Assembly: GCA_013239625.1 (NCBI GenBank)
Contig: MU054187.1
Coordinates: forward strand, 19,212,711-19,276,710
DNA from: Lama guanicoe
Taxonomy: Eukaryota
Length of the DNA: 64,000 bases
Direction: 5' to 3'
In this document: piece after piece, positions 39,016 to 51,363 of the stretch
Position numbering within the stretch: the first letter of the stretch is position 1
Layout: every line of letters begins with the position of its first letter
Program-made: the position numbers and the translations under genes
The notes under the pieces: model-generated
Databases searched by the model: none
Told to the model about the DNA's origin: nothing
What the model saw: the letters and a program-made list of their open reading frames with translations, nothing else

Positions 39016-41439
39016 CTTAAAGAATCCTTTGGTTCTAAACTATAATAAAAATATCCCTTAGAACAATCATGATTAAGAACTCAGGTCGTCTTCGTCACTA
39101 AAACTTGGGCAACTTAGTTATTCTGTGCTTCACTTTGTCTTTCTTCTATCGCTGCTTTCTGGCACTTTCTGGCACATAGTAAATGCTCAGTAAATATTCA
39201 TGGTCTGAATCAATAAATAGGTTGCCTATGGTCTCTTTAGTTTTCCTGTTAGCTTGTTTCTCTACTTTGATGTTGCAATTAATATTATATTTTATTTTGG
39301 ACTGGAGCATCTTAAAGCTGTTTGCTTTGAATGCCTTGTCTATTGTGGAAGACAACCGTGCCAGGTTGTGATGCTATTTATCTGGGTGTCAGATGTATCC
39401 CTTCTTCTCTTGGCCACCACTTTTGGGGCTGGTTTAATTTGGAGGACATCCCTATGTTGTCCCTCTGCCATGTCTTCAGAAATTCACAGTCACAGAGAAG
39501 CTTTTTGCAGGAGAAGAGCTCCAGCATAAAATCCTAAGAGTTTATAACACTGGTCCAAGGGACGCTCATAGGATTATGGATGATAGAGAAATATGAGAAT
39601 TAAAATCAGATCAAACATTTACTGAGTGCTTGCTGTGTGCAGAGAACTGTGGTATATGCCATGGGGAACACTTAAGAGCTAAACTGTGCCTCAAAGGGGC
39701 AGCTGGGAAAGATGCTGTCCACTCTGATCACATTTGAGATGACATCAGGACATGCAGATGGAGAAATCTTGGAAACAGATGTGATGCCTGGTAAACAGTT
39801 GGCTGTGGACCCACTGTGGTCCAAACTTGAGACTTTAAGAATCATCTAGATTGAGAGCAAATACTTAGAATGGTGACTTTAAGGTAATGTCCTTCATCCT
39901 TAGAAAATTTTTTTTTAAAGAATCATAGTGCAGATTCACAGAGGTAGAAAGGTAGACCAATGAACAATTTTTAATAATAACAAAGAAGGGTGTGCTATGT
40001 CTGGCTCACCTTAATGAGGGTCTCGGAGTTCTCCACTCCCCTTCGTGAACACACGCCCTAGAATTGGCAGCATACTGCTGGCCAGATTGCCCAAACTACT
40101 CCCTTCCATAGGTGACTAAATATATATCGAGTTGCTGAGCCCCAGAATGTCAGTTTCCCCAGGGAGCCCCGGGGGAAACCGGATTCTGTGATCTAAAGAC
40201 TCAGAACAAACTTTGAACTCCGAGTCTCTGAGCACAGAATGGAGTTGGGCCTAACAGCCTGGGGAAAGGGGAGAGAAAGGAAGGGGGTGGATCTGAAAGG
40301 AAGAAGGCCAGGCTCTTCCTGCATTTGCCTGGAGGTGGCCATCAAGCTTTGCATCCTGCGTAAGAAAGCACAGCTCTCCGGTAAGCTCAGACCTGGACAC
40401 AGTCCCTGGTGGGCGGCCTCTGCGAGGGCACAGCAGACATTCACTGATCACTGATGGGCAGTGATATAAGTGATACCTTGGCTCCCTTCTTTGCTTCCTC
40501 CAGCTTCAGATATGCCCGGCAGCTTCACGTGGGTTTTCGCCGTGCGCGTTAAGGGTGGTTTTGGCTCAAGACTGCAAACTCCTTAAACTGTCACCAGTCC
40601 TGTGAGTAAGTGGAGATAGTAACCTACTGTACAGGGTTCCTTAAAAATAAACAGGTCTGTCCGGTGCAAACTGGGAACAGACTAAGTATTTATAATTGAG
40701 CAGATGGGAGGGGCAGAATGAGGGAGCATGGAAAAGGCTCAGAGAAGGGGGTTGGGTCTGGGGTGGTCTTATTAGAGGTAATTTGTGGAGTTAAGGGGCA
40801 CAGACACAAAGGAGACAGGAGCATGCCAAAGGGAACCCTCCCTTGCTTCACCGTCGGGCCCGCAAATCTGTCTTTGGTGATTGGGGAGGGGCCGCCAGGA
40901 TCAGATGCTGGTTAAAGCATTTGCTCTGAGACTTCCTGCCGGTTTACACCCCCATCTGCCTTCACGCAGGTGCATTTTACTCCTGGCTTGGGGCATTATT
41001 TGCTCTCAGCTTGTGTTTCTTTACGGGAATGCGTGGCTGTAAGGTTAGATATCACAATTTTCCCAGGTCTTGTGAAGAGCGTCTGTTAGCATTTATAGAG
41101 CATTTTACCTTTTATGAAGGTACCTCGTGGGCGGTTACCTAGACAACCTACACTATTATCCCTCCCTTCTTGTGTGCAAATGGGCACAGAGAAGTCCCAC
41201 AGCTTCCTCAAAGTCACCATGGAGCCAGGATTCAAACTCAGAACCTTTTCTGCAGAATTTGTGACTCTAACCACGACACCCCACAACCTGCTCCTTAGGC
41301 CCACCTCCTTCCAGTCACGTGGTCAGTCAATGCTTAAACCCCCCAAACCCAGCTTGTGCCCTCAGGGCACATAAATTAGCCACCCTTGATCTTCCCAAAC
41401 GCCAAATGAACTTTAATGAGCTTTTATATAAAACTGATC

Positions 41440-41445
41440 TTTATT
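41440..41445 (-). terminator. Candidate distal polyadenylation signal AATAAA
   Basis: Plus-strand tttatt; several UGUA motifs 60-110 nt upstream on the mRNA strand; ATTAAA at 41412-41417. Confidence 0.6.
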
Positions 41446-41814
41446 GCAGTTAAAAACGAACAGAGACAGTTTGATAAGTGCCATTAATTACAACGTACCT
41501 GATATTTACATGTAATTATACTTTTATATACAGCTTAAATCAGGTTCCTTACATGTAAACTATAAGATACGACAAGTCAAACTCCAGCCTTCTGGGAACA
41601 GTCAGAATAGAAATACTATGGGCAGAAACACACAGAAAACAAATACCCATTTCAGTTCCTTAGGTACCGTTACTGGATGAGCGATCAAGATCTGGCCACA
41701 GAAGAGAATTGTAAATGTGCATCAAATTGAAACTTGTTCTTAACATGATGAACAGTATTGCTATTATATGAACCCTAAACATAATTAATAATTGGACCAT
41801 TTAAAACAACACAA

Positions 41815-42055
41815 TATCAATTTATATAGCACCTTTCTTACAGAGTTCAAAGCATTTGTATTTCTCTATATTGTCTCATTTGTCCTCATAACATCCCTAT
41901 GAGGTAGGCAATGGTTGGTATCATTATCCCCATTTTGGATATGGAGAAACTGAGGCACAGAGTAGTTAATCATTTGCTAAGGTCACACAATAAAGTCAAT
42001 GCTGGAACAGGGACCACAGAACCATGAGCTTGTCTCCAAAACCAGTGCTTCTCTT
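41815..42055 (-). mobile_element. MIR/CORE-SINE in distal PAG1 3'UTR
   Basis: cattatccccattttggatatggagaaactgaggcacagag...aaggtcacaca CORE motif. Confidence 0.8.
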
Positions 42056-43910
42056 TAAACGAAACTGTCCCCTCTGAGAATTTAACTCATAACCTCAATT
42101 CACTTTTCCAAGAAATAAAAAAAAGAGTGCATTTTTTTCTCTCATAAAAATCACTGAAATACTATAGGCAAAAAAAAACCAGTCTGGGGCAGATGTTAGA
42201 GCAATGCTATGTTCTTCTTGGAAGAGTTTGTGGAAGTCTCTTGTTGGTTTTGCTTTTTCATCATGAGAAGTTTCTTTCCCCAGTTTAAAAAAAGCTATAA
42301 TGAAACATATTTGAAAGGAGGCGCCTAGTTACCTACAAAGGATAGTGTAAGGAGCCACATAAGCTCTCCACTAATCAGGTTTATTCCCAAGTTTACAAAG
42401 AAGAAAATGTTGAAACAATAATTTAAATCTTTGCGATAATTTTTCTCAATCTTATATACATTTACTGTGTGCTCCTTAAGAGACTCAGAGTGGTAGGTAG
42501 GGTGTTGGAATCAAACACTTTCCCGAGTCACACACGCAGGGGCGGAAGTCTTGCCCACATCACTCTGTTCAAGCTTTACATCTAATCCCTGCCTTACCCG
42601 CCCCTCTAGAATCAAATATGTAGTTGATGCTCAGAAAAAAAAAAAACATTACAAAAAGTGTCAAAATCTGAGGCATACAAGACTCTCACAAATGCTTGTT
42701 GACTTGGATGTAAAATTCAGTTTTCCCAACATCTTTCACGAGCTTCTCCCTAACAGGCGAGCACTGTGATGGTCTTGCCAACTTTCCAGGACATCAGTAG
42801 GCAGCCCACAGGAATTAAGTTTCTAGTATTGCTCCAGGAAAAACAAGAGAAGCTTCTATTTAAAAAGATAAATGTGAAAAAAGCGAGCAAGCTTACTGGA
42901 CGGGGTCATGAGCATGATGTCAGGTTCACAGACAGGTTTTACATTAAAAATACATAACAACTTGTCAAAGGGATGTTCAAAGACCAACTCAGGCCTTTGG
43001 TGTTAGTCTCTTCGCCTGGGGAAAAGGCACTGCTGTCTTTCAGGGAAGTCTTTACTACCTAAATGGGGAGCTAAAACTACATTTGTTTTTCCTCCTTGGG
43101 CTTAAAAAAGGAAAAGGAAAGAGTTTGTTTACACTCATGGTTTCCAACTTGTTGCGTTAAAAAACAAACATAGCAAAATAAAACCAGACTTACAACAAGA
43201 TGGTTCTGAAATGCAGGCTGCAGGGGCCGAGACTGGTCTCTCTCTTTTAGCCTTAATTATGCTGTAAAGGGTGTCTAGCTGGCATACTAGGTAGACTTTT
43301 AACAATTAAATGTATAATGAGAATGAGCAAATACCTGTTCTGTTAATTTGGGGAAAAAAATTACATTCTAGAAGACCCATTCAAATAATTAAGCTATGAT
43401 GATACAGAGTGAAGTTTAAAAAAAAAAATCCAAACTAAACACATCCTGGATCGTTAGGTGCGTAGAAAGTGAGACCCTCAGCCACTGTATCTCCCATTCA
43501 CTCCGAACATCAGAGACTTTGCCTATAAGTGGTCAAGTTATTTTCAACATCTGGTAACTCCACAGTTAAGATGCTTAAACGTTCTCATTTCCTTGCGGCC
43601 TGGGAGAGGAGCTCAAACTAGTTCTAACTAGCAAACCCCATGAGCACTATTTCCCAGGGGGTGGGGTGTGGTAGCCACATGGCTAAGAAATGTTACACTT
43701 TATTTACTTTAGAAATTATTAATTCTTCCAGAAAAGGGTGTCTTCCCCTCAAAGTAATCAATGGCTTTCTACTTTACAGGTAACTATGGGTCTGCTGTTT
43801 CAGGGTTTACTTTTAGTCTCAAGACATTGTAGGGGACCATGAGCTTACCTGGTTAGAAAACAGGGCTAATTTTTATGGATTTGTGAGTTTGAGTCTTCAA
43901 CAGAATTTTT

Positions 43911-44025
43911 TAAATAGATTTTATATATTCAAAAATTTCTCTTATTTAATGGAGGTACTGGGGATTGAACCCAGGACCTCATGCATGCTAAGCATGCACT
44001 CTACCACTGAGCTATACCCTCCTCC
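43911..44025 (-). mobile_element. tRNA-Ala(AGC)-derived vic-1-type SINE in PAG1 3'UTR (tRNA-like part 43950-44021)
   Basis: Minus GAGGGTATAGCTCAGTGGTAGAGTGCATGCTTAGCATGCATGAGGTCCTGGGTTCAATCCCCAGTACCTCCA; TSD cagaattttt (43901-43910/44026-44035) at a TT/AAAA L1-EN site. Confidence 0.85.
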
Positions 44026-47000
44026 CAGAATTTTTAACAAGTTCTTTCCATGGCCCCTTAGTACCAACCATTCTCGTGAAAGATGTGGGCAAGAGTATAC
44101 ATGGTTTAGCAAAGTTCACGACAAGTAACACCCAGTATCTGCTTCTCCAGATGGATCCGTGCTTTATCCAGGCAGCTCGTGATGATGGAAAACGTGAGCT
44201 GGACAGAGCTGTCTGCTCACTGGGCGGTGGTGGGGAACGGTTCTATGCTGGGCAGGCAGGGTCTGCAATACTGAAGACTGCTAACTAGCTTTGGAAAAGA
44301 GGGGATGGAACTTCCTGTGAGTAGCAGACACAGAGGGGCGGGGTGGTTCTACGCAAAGTGACGGAAGTTTTAAAAATTCCCAATAGAGAAAACAATCCGT
44401 CCACTCTTCTGTGAATTGAACAATTTGACCATTCCAAAGACCTTCTGAGACAATGAGTCCAAATGATGCTGAATTATTTTTGAGTATTTTTGAGTAAGAG
44501 GAGTATTTTGAAACTGATTGGGACCACCTAACAGATAACGTGCCATGTTTCTTGGAAACTATTTTTATGAGGGAAAAAAATGCATGCACAATGAAATGCA
44601 AATTCCTATTTGTTTAGTTATATTTCAAACTTCCCCTGAATACATGAGGCAGGTTAATAATACAATATTTAAAAAATGACACACTAAAACATTTTACTGT
44701 TGCCAATTGAACATACAGAACTCTGAGGAATGACAATTACCAGCCTTTATAATCCATTACACAGGGTGATTTGAGACAGTCAGAACACAGTACATTTTTT
44801 AAAAACACCCATAGTTACATGGTGAGCAAAGAAAAATCAAATCTAACTGCATTAAGGTAAATGATTACCAAATTAAATGCTTTTAAAAATTGCCTTTTTT
44901 TTTAAAGCAAAAGCTGTATTTCTCATTTCATCTGGCATGAAGAAAAATCTGAACTACTATTTCCTAGTTAAATAAAAGAAGAACCTGGAAAAACAATGAA
45001 ATACTTTATAAATGTCAGAGACTGGATGTAAATATAACGTTAAAATGAGCAGTAGGAAAAAGAAACCATTTATGAATGTTTGTTCTCTTCTGGACCATGA
45101 TGTTATTTAATTTCCTTTGGTAATTTCAGATGAAGTTTCTAATGTAACACAGTTTCTGGATTGATTTCTTTAAGTCAAACACTTTGTGAGTGTGTAAAAC
45201 CTGTCTAATGACATTGTCAAGAATAACGTATTTAAGAAAAGGTACAACATAGAGCAAGAAAATACTATTACAGGACAAGGAATTTTGACTTCACTGTAAA
45301 TAAAGCTGTATTTAATTTTAGAGATACATGTTCCTATTTTCACATCAGTCACTTATTAACACCAAACATTACACCTTAACTTCTCCCCATTACACAGTAC
45401 AATAAGTCTGTCCAGATTTCCAGGAAATAACCATCAGTACCTACTGTGCTTCCAGCAGCCGAAGCTCAGCTAGCTGGGTACCAGAAATCAACACTTTCAG
45501 AAGAATAGCATCACTAGATCACATGGACTCATATTAACTTTGACAAGGAGCACTGAAAAAAAAATGTCATTTACTCATTTACAAGATCCTAAGTCAGTCT
45601 TGAACTGAAGCTCTGGGGCTCTGGCCACGTGACATCAGCATCTCAGAGCAGGTGCTTCACATGTTATCCTCCACCACTGCCTGTTGAGTCTGCAGTAAAA
45701 TCGCCTGGTTTCTAAAGAGAGTGAAATAAAATGCCCCATGTGATAAGGGGCCTCTGCTTCTGCCATGGGGGGTAGTGGGGGTCACCCTGCTGCGGCTCCA
45801 TCCTGGCCCACGTGGTTCCTGTTGCTTTCGGCCAAATCTCTTCTCAGACACCTGTCTGAGGAGGACACCTGTATTCATTTCCTCCTGTCAGGCTGAATGT
45901 GTAGGGAGTCACATGAATCAAACTATTTAAATATACCGCTGTTTTTCAGCTAAGAGAATGAAGGACATAATATAAAATCTAAATTCATTTCTTGGAAAAA
46001 TTAAATGAGGGCAACTTGAGAAGGTTTTCTTGTAGTTACCAAATGAAAATGATTGGAGAACTGTTTCTTCTAGTCTGCTTTTATGACAATAGTCATCACA
46101 CTAGTAGGACAGACATTCAAAATACATAATAGGATGTATCCTAATTAATTAAGCACCAGAGCAACTGTATAATACATGTGTATACACATATGTGTGTGTG
46201 TGTCCTATGGACATACAACATACATATATTTTGTTACTGGTAAAAGTCAGTAAATGCTCCAATTTGAAAAATGAAAATCTAATATAAGAAACAGATCTAG
46301 TGGCACACTGAGGTTAAATTTTAGTTCTTTGTGTTGACTACCTATTGTCAATGTAGCACTCATCAGAAATAACTCTTGGATTTTAAGTGCAGATAAATCA
46401 GTAATTAGCCTTTTCCCACAAAGGACAGTGGTACCTTCAAAACTTCTAATAGACCTAATGATGCAATTTAGTACAGAGCAGGAAAAGACTATTTGTGGCA
46501 AACATATTTTCAAAAATTACTTTCTTCCAGGATTTAAAATTTCCTCAAACATTTCACATCAAACAGGTTATGCTCTTCTGCTGACAATATTTGAGAAACA
46601 GTAAAGCAGCATAAAATTCTTTAAGACTTTCAAAATATCTGAATAAAAACAAAGATCCTGCTTTTAGGCAAGACAGGTTTAAATGTAAATTCCGAATTAT
46701 AAGACAAAACATTTCTTAAAACTTATTTTTATCTTTTTGTATAATTTCACAAAACCTAGGTTATTTCAGTTGAATGCCTATGCAATATGGATGTCAACAC
46801 TGAATTTTAAAATACAGTCAACTTTTTTTGGGATAATTACCTTGTATACATTTAAATTAGGTAGCATTTAACTCAAGATGAAACTTTTTTTTTAAGGCTT
46901 CCAACTCAAAAATGCTAGCACAAACTTTCAACAGATAAAGTAAAAAGTGAGGAAATTTATGAAATACTGTATATAGGGTCAAAACAGGGATGCTATCTCA

Positions 47001-47158
47001 ATAAATATACTTCAGTAAGGTACCCAGTGGTTCAAAGAGCAGAGCCGTCTCCTAAAGTTCGCTCTGCTTTCCGTGTCCCCAGACCTCCTGGGCTCTGCTA
47101 TTACCTATTCTTGTACAATTTGCTCTGGGGGAACTTACTGTTCCTTTTCATACTTTAT

Positions 47159-47368
47159 TTATTTCTTAAATCATATATATATAATATATATATATTTTTT
47201 AACATTCAACTTTTTATTTTATTACTTTTTTTCTGTGTTTTTTTGTGGGGGAGGAGACCATTAGGTTTGTTTGTTTGTTTATTTGATGGAGGCACTGGGG
47301 ATTGAACCCAGGACCTCATGCATGCTGAGTACGCACTCTACCACTGAGCTACACCCACCCCCCTCACA
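47159..47368 (-). mobile_element. vic-1-type SINE with extended AT-rich tail in PAG1 3'UTR
   Basis: tRNA-Ala-like head ~47287-47363; 19-bp TSD with 2 mismatches (47140-47158/47369-47387). Confidence 0.85.
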
Positions 47369-49239
47369 GTTCCTCTTAATACTTTATATCACAACTTATT
47401 CTTAGCACAGATTCTCAAATCAAAAGCGATACTTCAGTGCATACTTTATGGCCCTCTTGTATAGCCTTTATTTAGAAACTTCTGGGGGAATTCTGATAAT
47501 GAAAGTTCAAGATGAACTCCCCCATCTAGAAACAATTTTGCTCCTTAGTGATCATACCCACGGCCCTAGCAATAAGTAAGACACGGTGAGATACAACAGG
47601 ACTCTTGAGCAGTCAGGTCCTCCTAAAGGACATGCCTGACAGTGCGCAGCACGCGCAATGCTAGGTGAGCAGCGCCACGTGGCTGTCACCGTTCCTAGAG
47701 CAACCCTGTGAGGTCGAGATTCTTGGGTCAAACTCATTCATGCTAAGCAGTGAGAATCACCAGGCAAAACAGTGCTTACAAAGGATGTGAATTCAGAGAT
47801 CATGGGCCTTGCACCTTCCTGATAAACTTCTCCCTAATCCAAGGTTATTCTGCCGTGATCTTCTGATCAACAGTGATTGTGCTTGCGCACACGAAGTCTT
47901 CAAGGGAGAGACTAGGCCCTACTGAAAAATAATGACACCAACCAATTTATCCCAACTAAGCCACTCTGCAATTTCAGAAATGTATAACAGAGCAGTCACA
48001 AAATCAAGCCATGAATGCAAAGGATGGGAAAAGCACGTCCGTGAGCTGGTCCCTACAATTTTCAAGATGCTTCATCCTCCCAACTGCATTCTTTTTCATA
48101 ACGAGTGAAAACAGCAAGATTATTCAATCTGAAAAGTCACAGATGTCACAGCAGTATAGAATAATTGCCTCTTTTTTTTCCTTTAGCAGTGTAGGAAAAG
48201 CTCCTTTCTGTAGCCCACACTGCATAATAGCACTTCAACCAGGTTTCTTTTAAAATGAAAAGTGAACAAGTTCCCCAATGTTGGCGTTATAAACTCAAAA
48301 GAGATGATTAAATTCAAACCAGGCTGAGCTCTTAATCTGAGTTATTTCAGCCACTGACTTTTTTTTAAAATGAAGGGGGAAAAAAAAAAATCCCAGTAGG
48401 CAATTTACATTTGCAAGCACCAGGCTGCAGAATTCATCCCCCTTTTCTCAAAAATGTAGCTAAACCTTAATGGAATTATAATGCCTTCATGAGGTTAAAA
48501 GTTCACAGTCATCCCTAGTCAGATTTTGTTCCTCTTCCCATTTTTACCATTTCAAATATTTCAGTACTACCCACCACCAACATTGAAAATGATCATTTAT
48601 ATTCGTTCCATTTATTTCTCCAGGGAGCCAGATGATTTTGATCAGGAGCTCCACGTACCATTTGAAAAGCTGAGTCCTTAAAAACCTTCAATGTTATAAA
48701 CACCTGGTTAGAAAAAAGATATCAACTCCTTGTAATTATCGAGTTTATGTGCTTTATGGTGTCTTTTCAAAATGAGGATATAGGTCATTGTACATAAAAT
48801 CAAAATAGTTAATATACATTTTATCTGGCACTTTCTGGAAATTAGGCGTTAAACATAAAATACCTTATAAATTTATTTAACAAAAATAAAGGCTTATATT
48901 TTAATCTTAGATAGATTACCTTAGGGTAGCAGTTAACTTAACAAATCCCACACTGCCTGTGCGGCAGCAGAGATCATCAGAAGCACACATTCAAGTCCAC
49001 AGCCCTTGGGAGATGGATGCCATGGCTGCCATCCAAATATATGGTTTGTGTCCCAGCATAGAGATTAAGGCTCTCTGTTTTGGAGGAATGAGCTCTGGGC
49101 TAAAACAATTATAGAAGTACCACCATATTCACTGAAAAATACTGAAAAGGCTCTGAAGAGTTTCAAATACTGGGGGAAAAAATCATTTTGACTATAAAAA
49201 TAAAATAAAGCATCTAAAAATGACTCCAAGTATTTCGAG

Positions 49240-50110
49240 AGAGGCTGTTGACGGGCAGTGTCCAAATCAGAAGGAACGCAGATCTCAGAAACCCAAGGGG
49301 CGTCCGCAATCCTGCGCACCCGCCAGCCCGGATTCTCGGGGGCAGCTCTTAGAAGGGGGGCGTGGAGTCGACGGAAACCAGCAACCACAATTTCTTACCA
49401 TCGGAAAACACCCACCTGGAAGGAAAAGGCCCAGCCTGGTGGGAGAATGTCCTGGGGATGAATCATTATAAGTCGTTAAGATTTCAAGGGGAAAAAGCCA
49501 TTCATTTTCACCGTTAGTAGCAGACAGAGCAGGAGAGCGGGAGAAAGGCCTGTGAACCGCGGTACTTCGGGCAGGAGAGCTGCGGTTCTCGATGGGCGCG
49601 GTGCTTGGCTTTCTACACCAACAGGGTGAAGCCCCTGAGCGCTGGGGTCTTTCCGGGGGCTGAGGGTGCCCCAGGGAGGTGTGCTGGCGTGTACCGGCGT
49701 CTCGAGCATCTTCCGTTTCCGAAAGCAGCATGGGAAGCGTGGTTGCCGTGGCCTGCGCCTTCTCTTCCGCAGAAGAGCCGGCCCTCTGCTGGCGGGGTCA
49801 TCGGCTAGAGCCGGGTGACATCCCTGCACGGCTGCACGTCCCCGATGCTCTCGTAGTCATTCTCCTTCGGGAAGACGCCGCGGTGACTGCTGGCGTCCGG
49901 GGCGGCCTTCTCTTCCTCTCTGTTCAGAGTCGGGATCGCTTCATAGTCCGGCTCGGGCCCCTCGCTGGGCCTCCCTGCTGTCGGCGGCAGCGCCCCGCCG
50001 CCGCTCGGAGTTTTCTCAAAGTCTTTCACAGTAGCGTAGAGATGGTTCGCGGAGGAGGGCGACCTCTGGGCGGCTCCCGGGACGGAGGGGTAGCTGGACT
50101 CCAGGGCTTT
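49240..50110. other. CpG-rich island over PAG1 last coding exon and proximal 3'UTR
   Basis: Visibly dense CpG/GC (cggcggcagcgccccgccgccgctcgg) between AT-rich flanks. Confidence 0.7.
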
Positions 50111-50176
50111 AAGTGACTGTCCTGACTTGTTCCCTGCCTGCCCTTGTTTATTCACTGATGAGTACATGGCCGAGAT
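49805..50176 (-). CDS. PAG1: PAG1 terminal coding exon (ISAMYSSV Csk-binding tyrosine ... DYEAI ... DYESI ... VTRL*, PDZ-binding end)
   Basis: ttttctag|ATC TCG GCC ATG TAC; ORF 49805..50167; TAG at 49805-49807; C-terminal TRL is the known EBP50/NHERF1 ligand. Confidence 0.97.
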   Translation of the reverse strand: MSAMYSSVNKQGQAGNKSGQSLKALESSYPSVPGAAQRSPSSANHLYATVKDFEKTPSGGGALPPTAGRPSEGPEPDYEAIPTLNREEEKAAPDASSHRGVFPKENDYESIGDVQPCRDVTRL

Positions 50177-50314
50177 CTAGAAAACAAAGGGCGAAGTGAA
50201 TAAACAAGCTTCGAACGTGATTTCTCCCTCCCCCTTTCTGGTGACAAGCTAGATTCTGAGCACTATTGGTGGGGCGGGGGTGTAACTTTAAGATTTTTTC
50301 CTGATTTCCCCCAA

Positions 50315-50887
50315 GCTTCACTGAGCTATGACTGATACACAGCACATGTAAGTTTAGGGTGTCCAACATGAAGATTTGAGACATGTGGTGAAATACTGTG
50401 AAATGACGACTACAATAAGGTTAGTTAACAACTCTATTACCCTAATTACCTTTTTTTTTTGGTGTGTGGTGATAACATTTAAGCTCTGTTCTCTTAACAA
50501 CATTCAGGTACATAATAACAGCATTGTTAGTTCTCGTCACTGTGCTGTACATTACAACCCCAGAACTTACTAAATTTATAGATGGAAGTCTGCCCCTTTG
50601 ACCAACATCTCCCCGTTTTCCCCACTCCTCACCCCCTGACAACCATCATTCTACTCTATTTCTATGAGTTTGGCTTTTTTAGATGCCACATATATGTGAG
50701 AACATACAGTAGATGTCTTCCTCTGTCTGACTTATTTCACTCAGCATAATGCTCTCAACGTCTATCTATCTATGTTGTTGCAAATGGCAGATTTTTCTTT
50801 TTATGGCTGAATAATATTCCATTATGTATGTATATGTTTGTGTATAAAATTACATTGTCTTTATCCATTCATCCGTTGATGGACACA
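50315..50887 (-). mobile_element. L1 3'-end fragment (intronic)
   Basis: gacttatttcactcagcataatg...ttatggctgaataatattccatt...ccattcatccgttgatggacac. Confidence 0.8.
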
Positions 50888-51083
50888 AGTTCATCAATGA
50901 GCATCAACTTATGGGGTGCTCTTTCCTGTGGTCACGGCAGGCTACTTTCCAAGCACACCTACTCAGTCTCACTAACAGAGCTCATACAGCCACTAATACT
51001 GAGAGAGATTTCATTTTCCTTGGTAATAAATGGACTGGTTAAGAGATTTTGGGGGGTATTGTTTTATTGTTAGAAATCATGGT

Positions 51084-51363
51084 TGAGGCATAGTAAACAA
51101 TCCTATGGTTATCTGGGAAATGGGATGGGAAGGGATACATTTGGGAGTTTGAGACTTACAAATGTTAGCCACTATATATAAAATAGGTTTAAAAAATTTC
51201 TTCCATATAGCACAGGGAACTATGTTCAATATCTTGTAATAACCTTTAATGAAAAAGAATATGAAAATGAATATATGTATGTGTATGCATGACTGGGACA
51301 TTGTGCTGTACACCAGAAATTGACACATTGTAACTGACTACTTCAATTAGGAAAAAAAAAAAA
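51084..51363 (+). mobile_element. 5'-truncated L1 3'UTR with polyA (intronic)
   Basis: Perfect TSD agaaatcatggt (51072-51083/51364-51375). Confidence 0.85.

Larger units (their letters stand above)
41420..49804 (-). other. PAG1: PAG1 long 3'UTR (~8.4 kb, inferred)
   Basis: Repeat-poor, AT-rich stretch from the stop codon to a canonical AATAAA; PAG1 is known to have a multi-kb 3'UTR. The exact end is not observed. Confidence 0.65.

Noticed and set aside
49065..50116. Many overlapping ORFs around the PAG1 stop (e.g. 49679..50116 +, 49285..49731 -)
   Set aside because: Expected from stop-codon depletion in GC-rich DNA; no recognisable protein.
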